Of a DNA stretch of 64,000 nt, positions 9,092-19,131 are shown piece by piece. Location of the stretch: IMG/VR virus record IMGVR_UViG_3300005323_000038, one strand, 5' to 3'. The notes under the pieces are model-generated. The model was not told the origin of the DNA and searched no databases. It saw only the letters and a program-made list of their open reading frames with translations. The first letter of the stretch is position 1, and each line of letters starts with the position of its first letter. The DNA comes from an uncultured virus (IMG/VR IMGVR_UViG_3300005323_000038). Its lineage: Duplodnaviria > Heunggongvirae > Uroviricota > Caudoviricetes. The position numbers were made by a program, and so were the translations under genes.

Positions 9092-10165
9092 GTGATTTTT
9101 ATGAGTTGCATAGATGTAAATAATCTTGCTATGAAATATTATGTAGAAAGATTACTTGATGAAAAAGCAAATGAGGCCCCGATGGAATATCTAAGACAAA
9201 GAGGATTTATGCGACCAATCGTAAAGAAATTGGGGCTTGGGTTTGCCGATGGAAGATTGTCAAATTTTATCAGAGGGAAAGGATTTACAACTCAAAGGGT
9301 GTTTGAATCAAATCTTGTAAAGAAGAATGAAGAAACAGGACAAATAAGAGATTTCTTTTATAACAGAATTGTGTTCCCGATTGATATTCTTGGTAATACG
9401 GTTTATATGTCAGGAAGAGATTTAAGCGGCAAGCATCCATCAAAGTATATGAATCTTCCAGGAAGTAACTCTTACTTTATAAACGAAATGGAATTATCAA
9501 CAGCAGGGAAATATGTATTTATTTGCGAAGGATGGTTTGATGTCGCAAGTATGACCCTTGGAGGCTTCCCTGCTGTTGGAATTGCCGGTGTTAAAAGATT
9601 GTCGAGAGATTTCATAAAGAAGTTATATCTCAAGAATCAAATCTTTATTATGTTTGATTCAGAAGAAAATCAATCAGGGCTTAATGGAAGCCATAAGATG
9701 GCCTACGAGATAGCCAAAATATTTCCTGATAAGAAAGTAGTTGTATGCTCAATACCACTGCCTGATGGGCAAAAGAAGATAGATATAAACCAAATTCTTA
9801 TTGAGTGTAAAGGAAATGTTGAAAAGTTTCAAAAGATTATATTAAATATAAAGAATTTTTCTCGAAAAGATTTTAAAGAGACAGATTTATTCCAACAAAT
9901 GCGACAGGAAGAAATAGAAGCGGTAAGAGTGATGGAGAAGAAGATAATTGATGGAAAGACGGCAATGGAGATTTATAGTAGGATTTTGGATTTGAAGCCG
10001 GGTGGTGGTAAAATATTATTCAATGCTTCTTGCCCATTGCACGTTGATAAAACGCCAAGTTTAAAGGTATATTCTGACTATTCATTCTATTGTTTTTCGT
10101 GCTGTTGTGGCGGTAATGCGGATGATTTAGAGAAATTAGTAAACAAGAAAGGAAAGAAGCAATGA
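9092..10165 (+). CDS. DnaG-type primase with C-terminal CHC2 zinc finger
   Basis: YLRQRG, DFFYNRIVFPI, GR, KYMN, CEGWFD, FDSE, KDIN-like; CPLH...YCFSC at the C-terminus. Confidence 0.88.
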   Translation: MIFMSCIDVNNLAMKYYVERLLDEKANEAPMEYLRQRGFMRPIVKKLGLGFADGRLSNFIRGKGFTTQRVFESNLVKKNEETGQIRDFFYNRIVFPIDILGNTVYMSGRDLSGKHPSKYMNLPGSNSYFINEMELSTAGKYVFICEGWFDVASMTLGGFPAVGIAGVKRLSRDFIKKLYLKNQIFIMFDSEENQSGLNGSHKMAYEIAKIFPDKKVVVCSIPLPDGQKKIDINQILIECKGNVEKFQKIILNIKNFSRKDFKETDLFQQMRQEEIEAVRVMEKKIIDGKTAMEIYSRILDLKPGGGKILFNASCPLHVDKTPSLKVYSDYSFYCFSCCCGGNADDLEKLVNKKGKKQ

Positions 10166-10623
10166 TATATATTTTATTAATCGTTCTATTGCTATTTTTT
10201 ATAGTTCATTATGTTAATAAATATAATAGCAATCCAAAAAATTTTAGAAATAAAATAAGAAGACTAAATTTTTATAGTTCATCAAATTTTGATAAAAAAT
10301 CTATCATACACTATAACAGAAGTTTCTCTATTATTAATAAAAATGGCAATTTAACAGATTCCTACCAAGCAATAATAAGATATAAAGTAATAAACAAAAG
10401 ATATAGTGGAGGATTTGAGAAATTTGAAATATGGATATCACTCGTAAATATCTCTATATTCAAGAATAAAAGGAATGAGCTTTATGGTCTTTCTATTAGT
10501 GGTGAAATGCTTGACTTACTATTTTATTTAGAAATTCGAAATTGCGATAATGTGTATTTAGACAACTGCATAGTTCCAATAGATATATGGGAAAAGGCCA
10601 TAAACAAGAAAGGAGAAAATTAA
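10162..10623 (+). CDS. Hypothetical membrane-anchored protein
   Basis: N-terminal hydrophobic helix; ATGA overlap with the primase. Confidence 0.65.
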   Translation: MIYILLIVLLLFFIVHYVNKYNSNPKNFRNKIRRLNFYSSSNFDKKSIIHYNRSFSIINKNGNLTDSYQAIIRYKVINKRYSGGFEKFEIWISLVNISIFKNKRNELYGLSISGEMLDLLFYLEIRNCDNVYLDNCIVPIDIWEKAINKKGEN

Positions 10624-10624
10624 T

Positions 10625-11218
10625 ATGGACGCTATTCTATTTCTTAAAATATATTGGATAATCGGTATTTCTGTGGTGGTATATTTACTTTTATTAATAA
10701 ATGGATACACAATAACTTCATTTCTAAATTATTTTCTAAGAGATAAATCTGAAAATACGTTTGATACATTAGTAATTAAAGAGAAAACATTTAGTCATAC
10801 ATTTTTAAATAAAAATGAAAGTATTTGCCATAGCTATGAAATTTCGGGTAAATGTCTATTGTTTATTATAGATTTTATATCCGACTATGATTTAGTTGGT
10901 GTAATAAAAAGAAAATTAATAGTAGAAGATGAATATACTACAAAATATAAACTATCTACTATAAGAAATATCAAATTTAGGTTTCTATCAGAACTAAAAG
11001 ATGTTCCTGAGAAATATAAACAAACCATAGATTTTATTCAGAAATACACAACAGAATTTTGCATTGACGATGATTGTCAGGTTTTTGATGATATTGTTGA
11101 TATATTTGAAAGAAACTTCAAAAAGAAAGAAATAACATTGGATGAATTTGAGTTATTAATAAATCGTTTTTATTATATTAAAATGTATGATAATGGAGGA
11201 AATAATGAAAAGAACTAA
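10625..11218 (+). CDS. Hypothetical membrane-anchored protein
   Basis: N-terminal hydrophobic helix; AGGAG SD. Confidence 0.65.
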   Translation: MDAILFLKIYWIIGISVVVYLLLLINGYTITSFLNYFLRDKSENTFDTLVIKEKTFSHTFLNKNESICHSYEISGKCLLFIIDFISDYDLVGVIKRKLIVEDEYTTKYKLSTIRNIKFRFLSELKDVPEKYKQTIDFIQKYTTEFCIDDDCQVFDDIVDIFERNFKKKEITLDEFELLINRFYYIKMYDNGGNNEKN

Positions 11219-12272
11219 ACGCGATTGCTATATCGGAGAAGACGGATATTGTCATGTGCCTTTACAGAATGGGAAAGGAGAGGCGATATGCGATGCAGAA
11301 TTTATTGAAGAAGCGAATAATTATAGTTGGTATATTTGCAAATTAGGGTATGTTTTTTGCAGAAGATTAAATCAAAATGTAAGAACACGAACATCTATTC
11401 ATAGAATGATATGGGAATATTTCAATGGAAAAATACCAGAAAAAATGGAAATAGACCACGAGAATAGAATAAAAAGAGACAACAGAATTAAAAATTTAAG
11501 AACATGCACAAGGTCAGAGAACTCAATGAATATACAAGGAAGAGGAGCATGTATTTTTAAAGGAGTTATCAAATGTAAAAATGGATGGCAAGCCGGAATT
11601 TGTCCTCCAAGAGGGAAAAGAATATCTCTTGGATTTTTTAAAAAACCTGAATTAGCGGCAGAAATATACGATATTTTTGCCTATCATTATTACAAAGATT
11701 TTGCTTTTTTGAATTTTCCAGAGGAGAAGGAATTTTACAAAAAACAGAATATAAAACTCCTGATGCCAGTAAGAAAACAAAAGTCATCTAAATATTATGG
11801 CGTAACTATTTCAAAGAAGGCCGAAAAAAATAAAAAAGCTATTTTTATAGCAAGAATTGTAAAAAATTACAAAATAATAAATATTGGATCATCAACATGC
11901 GAAAAAACTACCGCAAGGATGGTTGATTTATATAATGTAGAACATAATCTTGGCAAAAAAATAAATTTTCCAGAAGATTTAGATAAATATAAAAATGGGG
12001 AAATAAAAATTCTTTTTAAAAAAGACAGAACTTCTTCTAAATTCATTGGAGTAAGTTATAACAAAAGGAAAAATAAATTTATGTCAAGAGTCAAAGTTTT
12101 TGGGAAAACCAAGTATATAGGATGTTCCAATGACGAAGTTTCCTTAGCACACACTTACGACCTCTACATCATTAAAAACAATCTCAACAAAAAGCTAAAT
12201 TTTCCCATAGAAACTTACCAACAGGAGTTAAACCAAGAATCAAAACAGATGGTTTTATTTAAAGCCAGTTAG
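11205..12272 (+). mobile_element. HNH-AP2 homing endonuclease (three AP2-like domains)
   Basis: IHRMI...IDHENRIKRDNRIKNLR (HNH); FKGV, YYGV, FIGV AP2-like repeats each ending LNFP/INFP. Confidence 0.88.
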
Positions 12273-12358
12273 GAGTAGATGTTTGTGGATTTAAACCAAT
12301 ATCAATAGATGAAATATTAAGTTTTTATTCACCAATAATAAAATATGAAAAGGAGTAA
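12272..12358 (+). pseudogene. Possible 3' remnant of a metallophosphoesterase gene
   Basis: No ATG or SD; frame reads GVDVCGFKPISIDEIL, resembling the (N)VGVD...KP(I/V)S.DEI C-terminus of phage calcineurin-like phosphoesterases. Confidence 0.5.
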
Positions 12359-12360
12359 TT

Positions 12361-12888
12361 ATGCCAATAAATGTAAATATAACTGAAAAAGATGGTAACT
12401 ATATATGTTGGTCGCGTTCAAGTTTTGATCAATGGCATTTTAAAAATGTATATTCTATATTTAATAGTAAAGCAGAAATAATAAATCAATATACTGATGG
12501 TCGCACTTATATAAAAGAAGGTATTGTTATAAATAACAATGATAATCCAACTACTAAAAGACATTTTACTGCACACCTAAAAGAAGTTAAAAGATTAATT
12601 GAGGATAAAAATAAACCAGAACCAGAAGAATTTGATGGATATGTTGCTTATGATAACGGCCGTTATTCAAGAATAGTTAAAGCAAAAATAAAAATAGCAT
12701 CTGATAAAAGGTTTGAATTCAAAGATGAATGTTTTTTATCATGGCAAACTGTAAACGTGTGCAGTTATTCGTATATCAAAGCTAATCCAGAAATTGATAA
12801 ATTATATGATGAATATAAAACGTCAGAAGAAAAATACAAATTATCAGAACAAAAAATTAAAAATGCAATTTACAAAAAGGAGAAATAA
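12361..12888 (+). CDS. Hypothetical protein
   Basis: 175-aa ORF with AGGAG SD. Confidence 0.7.
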   Translation: MPINVNITEKDGNYICWSRSSFDQWHFKNVYSIFNSKAEIINQYTDGRTYIKEGIVINNNDNPTTKRHFTAHLKEVKRLIEDKNKPEPEEFDGYVAYDNGRYSRIVKAKIKIASDKRFEFKDECFLSWQTVNVCSYSYIKANPEIDKLYDEYKTSEEKYKLSEQKIKNAIYKKEK

Positions 12889-12889
12889 A

Positions 12890-13258
12890 ATGAATTTGAA
12901 AGATATCGAACCTTTTTGTGGAAATTGCGAATTAAATATCTCTCAAAGATGTTTTAAAATTTATGGGAAAGAGGATGATAGCCCTTGTGAAAATTGGAAG
13001 TTACAAAATACCGTTATATATCACTCAAAGGTTTTGAAAACTTCTTATAAACAAAGAAGACGATTATTTATTAAACATCTTCGTGTTCGATGTAATTCAT
13101 ATTTGGATTATTGGGGTGAAGCGTCTGGTTGTAATTACGATATGGAAAGGATAAATGAAGAAATGGGCGCGGAATGCGAAAAGTGTTGCGTGGTGCGAGA
13201 TAATCATGGATATTTAAAAGGTAAGTTTAATCCAAAACTGGATAGAATAATAAAGTAA
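12890..13258 (+). CDS. Cys-rich hypothetical protein
   Basis: Start after AGGAG; CGNC, CEKC. Confidence 0.65.
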   Translation: MNLKDIEPFCGNCELNISQRCFKIYGKEDDSPCENWKLQNTVIYHSKVLKTSYKQRRRLFIKHLRVRCNSYLDYWGEASGCNYDMERINEEMGAECEKCCVVRDNHGYLKGKFNPKLDRIIK

Positions 13259-13266
13259 AGGATTTT

Positions 13267-13689
13267 ATGAAAGATATATTTCAATCAAAGGCAGATTATA
13301 TAATTATCCCGGTAAATATGGTTAAGGTTATGGGAGCCGGCCTTGCAAAACAATTTAAAGAAAAATATCCGCAGGGTTTTGAAAATTACAAAACAATGAA
13401 ATTCACAAAAGAAAATTCGGTATTTTCTTATTTTAGCTTTATCTTCTTTGCAACTAAATATCATTGGAAAGATAATTCTGATATCGAGTTAATAGAAAGC
13501 GGATTAATTCAACTCAAAAAAGATATTGAGAATGGAAGTTTATTGTCTAACCATTATCCAAGTAACAATCCATTAATTATTGCTTTTCCTAAAATTGGAT
13601 GCGGCCTTGGAAATCTTGATTGGTCGGAAGTCAAACCGTTAATAATAAAATATCTTGGAAGTTGTGTTAATTTAGAATTTTATGAATAG
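13267..13689 (+). CDS. Macrodomain protein (DarG/TARG1-like ADP-ribosyl hydrolase)
   Basis: PVN..VMGAGLAKQFKEKYP, TKYHW, IAFPKIGCGLGNLDW. Confidence 0.88.
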   Translation: MKDIFQSKADYIIIPVNMVKVMGAGLAKQFKEKYPQGFENYKTMKFTKENSVFSYFSFIFFATKYHWKDNSDIELIESGLIQLKKDIENGSLLSNHYPSNNPLIIAFPKIGCGLGNLDWSEVKPLIIKYLGSCVNLEFYE

Positions 13690-13701
13690 GAGTGAATAGC
13701 T

Positions 13702-14085
13702 ATGCCAGAAACGAAGTATGAAATTGATTTTTCTCAAGAGGCAGATGAAACATTGGTTAGACTAATTTGCATAGAGGAAATACAAGATGATTTATTAAAA
13801 GAAGTGATAAAAAGATATATAAAAATAATAAAAGAAAAACTCGAAAAACCAAGGTTAGAACCAAAAGAAATAGCTGATAAAATTCAACAATTAACAAATT
13901 CTCTAATAATATATTTTTCTGCTTCTTCTGCGACTCGTCAAATAAATATAAAACATAACACTTTATGTAATGTGCAGTTTATTTGTTTTAACACAAAAAC
14001 TCAAGAATTTGATGTTATATATTCTTACGAAGAAAACGAATTCGTTACTTATTCTCGACCGTATAGCGAGTTTATAGAAAAATAA
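13702..14085 (+). CDS. Hypothetical protein
   Basis: 127-aa ORF with AGGAG SD. Confidence 0.65.
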   Translation: MPETKYEIDFSQEADETLVRLICIEEIQDDLLKEVIKRYIKIIKEKLEKPRLEPKEIADKIQQLTNSLIIYFSASSATRQINIKHNTLCNVQFICFNTKTQEFDVIYSYEENEFVTYSRPYSEFIEK

Positions 14086-14111
14086 TTTTAATATCATAAA
14101 GGAGAATCAAT

Positions 14112-14288
14112 ATGACAAAAAATGAATTAATAGCAATATTACAAAAAATACCTAATAATCCAGTAATACAAATTTATAGTTATGACTTAGGCTGGTTTTA
14201 TGACATTGACAAAATAACAGATACAAATGAAATAGCAAAAAACACTAAAGCAAGTTCAGAAATAAAATCTATAATAGTTATAGCATAA
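14112..14288 (+). CDS. Small hypothetical protein (58 aa, not in ORF track)
   Basis: AAGGAG SD; MTKNELIAILQKIP... Confidence 0.6.
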   Translation: MTKNELIAILQKIPNNPVIQIYSYDLGWFYDIDKITDTNEIAKNTKASSEIKSIIVIA

Positions 14289-14347
14289 TCTTAAATATGT
14301 CAGATTACAGTTTATATTATAAAATAATAAGAAAGGAATAAATAAAA

Positions 14348-16333
14348 ATGATTAACCAAGCAGTAATAAAAATGGAAAGAATTAAAACTTTAGAAAATAT
14401 GATTCAAGTTTGCCGAGAACTTTATTATAGCAACGGAACTTCGCCACTAACTGATGTTGAGTATGACGCTCTTGAAAATGAACTTAAAAAACTGGATCCA
14501 AATAATACTTTGTTAAATCAGGTCGGCTCGTATTCAATGAAAGACAAGGTAAAACATATCTATCCGATGTTATCTTTGGATAAAATTCACTCTCTCGAAG
14601 AATTGAATAAGTTCACAAATAAATTCAGCGGTGAAGAAATAATTGCTATGCCAAAGATTGACGGATTACCAATTGAAGCGGTATATATCGATGGCGTTTT
14701 ATCTCAGGCTTCAACTCGTGGCGATGGAAAGTATGGCGAATCGGTTATATTCAATGCTAAATATATTAAAAGTTTACCTCAGAAAATTTCTAATATGTAT
14801 GGAAATATGGTTTGTATCTATGGCGAAGTAGTGGTTCCGAAAGAAGACTTTGAAAGAATTAATGCTCCGTTGCCAGAAGACGAAAAGTTTTCGGATGCAA
14901 GAAATTTAGCCGCCGGCACTTTGAAGTGCGAAGATGCAGAAACAGTTAAATCAAGAAACTTAACATTTATTGGATATAGAATTGAGAATGGAGAAAATTC
15001 ATTTTATAGAAGTCTAAATATATTAAATGAAATGTCTCTTTATAGTTATGATTTAGCGTATAAACCAGAATGCATTTTTTATTACAAATTAAAAGTTTTT
15101 GTTGATCTTTTCCCAACTATCGAAAAGATGGAAGAGTTTACAAATTCGCTATGGTACAAAACCGATGGAATAGTTTTTATGCTTAATAATATGAATAGAT
15201 ACGAAGAAATTGGATGCAATAATCGTCATCCGAAATATGCTTGTGCATTAAAATTCAAAGATGAAAGTATGACTTCTACCGTTGAAAAAATAGAACTATC
15301 TATGAGCCGGAACGGAACGCTTTCTCCAGTCGCAATAATAAAACCAATTATTCTTGATGGCGCGGAAATATCTCGTGTAAGCATGACAAATATCGATAAC
15401 ATGATATTAAAAAATGTCGTTGCCGACTCAACTGTTGAGGTTGTAAGGGCTAATAAAGTAATTCCTAAAATAATATCAGGAGAATTTCCGGAAGGAGTCA
15501 GTGATTTTGAAATACCAAAAGAATGCCCTTATTGCCATTCTAAAATATTAATATTTAAATCAGAAACAGGAATAAGAGCTTTATCTTGCAATAATACTTT
15601 ATGCCATAAACGACTTTCAAAAATACTTGAGCATTTCTGCGATGGAGTAGAAATCGACAATATGGGTGAAAAAAATTGCGATAAAATAGCAATAAACTTT
15701 ATTGACGAGTACGAAGGATGCTCTGATAGAAGCACTAATCCAAATCTTATCATTTACCATTTTTTAAATCTTGAACTCGGCCTTCTTGAGTCATATATCG
15801 GTTCAAAAGTTATTGCTAAAAAGATATTCAAAAGCATAAATGATAAAAAGTCTGGATGTCGCAAAGTTGATTTTATTGCAGGACTTGGAATAGACGGATT
15901 TGGGAGAAGTTCTTTTGAAAGACTGACTAAAAAATATGGAAAGGTAATATTTGATGAATTGGTTTATGATTCATTTATTGTAGCAGAAAAATATGGCAAT
16001 GAATGTTCAATTTCTATTAACGCCTGGAAAGCAAAAAATATGAACTTGGTTGAACAGATTATTGGCAAGTTTATTTTCGAGGAAACAGTCGAAAACAAGA
16101 CTACTGACACAGGGAAACTATCAGGAATGACAATTTGTATTACCGGAACTTTCAGCAAGCCAAGAAACGACCTCTCGACGATAATCAAAAGTAACGGCGG
16201 ATGCGTTTCGGACTCAGTAACAAAATCAACAAATATTCTTTTAGCCGGCGAAGATTGCGGATCAAAACTCGATAAAGCCAAAAAACTTAAAATTAAAATA
16301 ATTAACGAAGAAGAATTAGAAAGGATGTTGTAA
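14348..16333 (+). CDS. ligA: NAD+-dependent DNA ligase
   Basis: YY..D.EYD domain Ia, MLSLDK, KIDG, STRGDG, RNLAAG, DGIV, CPYC..C..C Zn finger, C-terminal BRCT. Confidence 0.95.
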   Translation: MINQAVIKMERIKTLENMIQVCRELYYSNGTSPLTDVEYDALENELKKLDPNNTLLNQVGSYSMKDKVKHIYPMLSLDKIHSLEELNKFTNKFSGEEIIAMPKIDGLPIEAVYIDGVLSQASTRGDGKYGESVIFNAKYIKSLPQKISNMYGNMVCIYGEVVVPKEDFERINAPLPEDEKFSDARNLAAGTLKCEDAETVKSRNLTFIGYRIENGENSFYRSLNILNEMSLYSYDLAYKPECIFYYKLKVFVDLFPTIEKMEEFTNSLWYKTDGIVFMLNNMNRYEEIGCNNRHPKYACALKFKDESMTSTVEKIELSMSRNGTLSPVAIIKPIILDGAEISRVSMTNIDNMILKNVVADSTVEVVRANKVIPKIISGEFPEGVSDFEIPKECPYCHSKILIFKSETGIRALSCNNTLCHKRLSKILEHFCDGVEIDNMGEKNCDKIAINFIDEYEGCSDRSTNPNLIIYHFLNLELGLLESYIGSKVIAKKIFKSINDKKSGCRKVDFIAGLGIDGFGRSSFERLTKKYGKVIFDELVYDSFIVAEKYGNECSISINAWKAKNMNLVEQIIGKFIFEETVENKTTDTGKLSGMTICITGTFSKPRNDLSTIIKSNGGCVSDSVTKSTNILLAGEDCGSKLDKAKKLKIKIINEEELERML

Positions 16334-16926
16334 TGAAACGAGAAAGGATAATGTTTTACAGCAATTCTAAAACCTTTAGAGAATTAAGTAACTTTGAGCC
16401 TTGCAATATATATGATAAATATACGGATAGGTATTACAAAACAACAGAGCATTATTTTCAATCTATGAAGTTTTATAAAACAAATAATGTGCTGTACGAC
16501 AAAATAGTAAATTGCAATTATCCAAGTAAGGCTAAAGAGATGGCTAAAAATAGCATATTGGAGAACTCACAGCATTGGGATTCAATAAGAGAAAAGGTAA
16601 TGTTTTATGCTAATTGGTTAAAGTTTGGACAGAATGAACATTTACGCAATATTTTATTAAAAACTGAAAATTCTCTTTTGGTCGAGGACTCCACTGATTA
16701 TTATTGGGGGATTGGTGCAACTTGGAGTGGACATAATAGAATGGGTAGAATATTAATGAAAATTAGAGGTATAATAAGATATGGCGAAGATTTCTTTAAT
16801 TCAATAAAATGCTTTCAATGCAAATTTTATCAAAATGGATATTGCCATTTAGATGATATAAGATCAAATGGAAATGATTGTTTTGCTTGTGATTTAGAAT
16901 TAGAAAACTTTGACAATATAATCTAA
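16333..16926 (+). CDS. NADAR (YbiA-like) family protein with Cys-rich tail
   Basis: LSNF, TEHYFQSMKF, KFGQN..LR..LL.T, LVEDS.DYYWG, NRMGRILMKIR. Confidence 0.9.
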   Translation: MKRERIMFYSNSKTFRELSNFEPCNIYDKYTDRYYKTTEHYFQSMKFYKTNNVLYDKIVNCNYPSKAKEMAKNSILENSQHWDSIREKVMFYANWLKFGQNEHLRNILLKTENSLLVEDSTDYYWGIGATWSGHNRMGRILMKIRGIIRYGEDFFNSIKCFQCKFYQNGYCHLDDIRSNGNDCFACDLELENFDNII

Positions 16927-16937
16927 AGGAAGGATAT

Positions 16938-17174
16938 ATGAAACTAAATAATTTATGCGATAACTGTAAAATAAGAAACAATGGACTTTGTGAATTTAAT
17001 TTTTATAGTAATTCTTTAAAATACTATAAAGATAAAGAAAGGACAAGAATTAATGGAAATATGATTAAATGCAAATATTTTGTAAATAAAATACCATATA
17101 AAGAAGATTTAAAACAAAAATTAAATAAATTTGAGAAAGGACTTTATAAATATGATGAGATGCATAGATTGTGA
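16938..17174 (+). CDS. Small Cys-rich hypothetical protein
   Basis: CDNC...C...C. Confidence 0.6.
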   Translation: MKLNNLCDNCKIRNNGLCEFNFYSNSLKYYKDKERTRINGNMIKCKYFVNKIPYKEDLKQKLNKFEKGLYKYDEMHRL

Positions 17175-17325
17175 AAATTGCACAAACTTATATTGCTCTG
17201 TATTTAAATTAAGATTCACGTTAACTCAGGCAATGAATCCATGTGCATGTTTGGCTTTTATAGATCAAAACTATCAAAGAACATATTATTCTAATGGCGT
17301 TGAGTCTAAAAGAAAGGATTATTAA
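17152..17325 (+). CDS. Small Cys-rich hypothetical protein
   Basis: CIDCENC...C; AAGGA SD. Confidence 0.55.
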   Translation: MMRCIDCENCTNLYCSVFKLRFTLTQAMNPCACLAFIDQNYQRTYYSNGVESKRKDY

Positions 17326-17327
17326 TT

Positions 17328-17534
17328 ATGGAAATTTATGTTGCCCATTATTTAGATGATGATTGCCATGAAGTAGATAGATATTTTAGAGATAAAAATA
17401 TGGCAATCAAACAAATTAAGATATGGAAGAAAGAACAAGAATCTGGTGATAGTTCTATTTTTCATATTTCAGATGAACCGTCGACATTGGAATTTAGTGA
17501 TAACGATATATACAATAAATATTTTCGTAAATAA
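17328..17534 (+). CDS. Small acidic hypothetical protein (paralog of 22351-22542)
   Basis: Shared Y.A.YLD.DC....YF...IF.I..EP....FSD pattern. Confidence 0.7.
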   Translation: MEIYVAHYLDDDCHEVDRYFRDKNMAIKQIKIWKKEQESGDSSIFHISDEPSTLEFSDNDIYNKYFRK

Positions 17535-17549
17535 AAGATTAATTATTTC

Positions 17550-17578
17550 TTGACTTAAAGAGAAAAATAGTATATACT
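17550..17578 (+). promoter_or_regulatory. Sigma70-type promoter with palindrome over -10
   Basis: TTGACT-17-TATACT; AGTATATACT palindrome. Confidence 0.8.
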
Positions 17579-17603
17579 TTTTATAAAAATAAAGGAGGTA
17601 AAT

Positions 17604-18179
17604 ATGAACAAAGTTTGTAATTTAAGAAAAAATCCAATTATTACTTTAATGGAAAAGATAAATCCTAATATCGAAACGCCTTTTTATAATGTAACTGAAA
17701 TTAATGGGAAAAAGATTCTTGCCGCAGGAATGGATATTTTTGCAAGAGAAAAAAGAGAAATAAAACCATCATTTTTAACGAGGAAATGGTATTACGAAGC
17801 AAAAGCCGAAGGAGCAAACGAGTCTACATTAAACCATATTATAAAAGGAAATCCAATTGAAGTTATAATTCCTTTAAATATAAAACTTATTTATCCTGAA
17901 AATACAATGGCATTCCTTCTTCCAAGAAGTAGCCTTTGTCTTAAAAAACACTTAAGGGTTTGTAACAGCATTGGCCTTATTGATGAATCATTTCGTTCAG
18001 AACATGGACTTATCGTAGAAAATGCAGGATTTGAAACAGTTACGATTGAAGAAGGAGAAAAGATTGCACAGTTAATTTTTATGCCAACATTTCCGGTAAA
18101 TATAGAACTTGTTAAAAATATAGAGGAAAGTGAACATAAAGGATTTGGAAGCACAGGAGGATACAATGAAAAGTTGTAA
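17604..18179 (+). CDS. dut: Trimeric dUTPase
   Basis: AGMD, PRSS, GLIDESFR, KIAQL, GFGSTG. Confidence 0.92.
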   Translation: MNKVCNLRKNPIITLMEKINPNIETPFYNVTEINGKKILAAGMDIFAREKREIKPSFLTRKWYYEAKAEGANESTLNHIIKGNPIEVIIPLNIKLIYPENTMAFLLPRSSLCLKKHLRVCNSIGLIDESFRSEHGLIVENAGFETVTIEEGEKIAQLIFMPTFPVNIELVKNIEESEHKGFGSTGGYNEKL

Positions 18180-18471
18180 AAATAAAATATTAATTCATAA
18201 TAGACCAAATTATGAAAATAAAACTATCACTGCAACATTAATATTAGCTACTCCGATATCACCAAGAGATGTACATAAAGAATATTTTAACTATATTGGG
18301 CAAGATGTTGTTGTATTTTCAAGAACAGATGGTATGAATCATATTCTATTATTATTTAAGGTTAAAGGCTATGACCAAATAATTCCAACAATACAGTCAT
18401 ACGATGAAGATCTTGATAAGATAGCTATATTTACTGCTGTCGGGCAGTTGTTTGAAATAGAATTCAAGTAA
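18166..18471 (+). CDS. Hypothetical protein
   Basis: GGAGG SD inside the dut 3' end. Confidence 0.6.
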   Translation: MKSCKNKILIHNRPNYENKTITATLILATPISPRDVHKEYFNYIGQDVVVFSRTDGMNHILLLFKVKGYDQIIPTIQSYDEDLDKIAIFTAVGQLFEIEFK

Positions 18472-18496
18472 AAAGTTTAAACAAAGGTGATAAAAT

Positions 18497-19126
18497 ATGA
18501 AACCAAGAGTAGAATTAATAACAAGAACTCAAGTAAAAGAATGCGATGGAAGATTTATTTGTGAAACGGCCGGGATATGCTACAACAGGGAAGATAAATC
18601 AGATAAAATCGATAACCAGATACTTGAACAGTTAAAAGGATTTTGGCTAAAAAAGCATTATAGCGTATTTGAATTCCTTGATTTTGACTTTAAAATACAA
18701 CTGAGTATCGTTGCTTTAAAACAAATAACAAGGCACTGGAACTCATCAATGATGGTTAAGTCCGGAAGATATTGTAAAGAGGATAAAATGGATTTTTATT
18801 TACCAGAATGTATTTTTGAAGAAGATGTTAGGCCATTCGTAGAAGAAGCGGTGAATTTATATAAACAATTAATAGAATCAGGCATTAAAACCGAGGATGC
18901 AAGATATTTTTTACCACAAGGATTAATGACTCAAATGCGTTTTAAATTTAACTTAAGAGATTTTCTTTGCTCAATCTATCCTCAAAGGCATTCAAAAAAA
19001 GCACAAAAGGAAATAAGAGATATTGTTGATAATATTATGGATGAAGTTATTAATAACTCAAGTAATATTATTAAAGAGTTTTTAATTTGGTATAAAAATG
19101 AAGGAATAAAATCAGTAGAAAGGTAG
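18497..19126 (+). CDS. thyX: Flavin-dependent thymidylate synthase
   Basis: HYSVFE, RH(W)x7S.RY, EDARYFLP, AQKEIR. Confidence 0.88.
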   Translation: MKPRVELITRTQVKECDGRFICETAGICYNREDKSDKIDNQILEQLKGFWLKKHYSVFEFLDFDFKIQLSIVALKQITRHWNSSMMVKSGRYCKEDKMDFYLPECIFEEDVRPFVEEAVNLYKQLIESGIKTEDARYFLPQGLMTQMRFKFNLRDFLCSIYPQRHSKKAQKEIRDIVDNIMDEVINNSSNIIKEFLIWYKNEGIKSVER

Positions 19127-19131
19127 AGGTT

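Noticed and set aside
18497..19126. ThyX RHW instead of RHR as a sign of new chemistry
   Set aside because: Spacing to the catalytic Ser and the other motifs are intact; one substitution is too little evidence.
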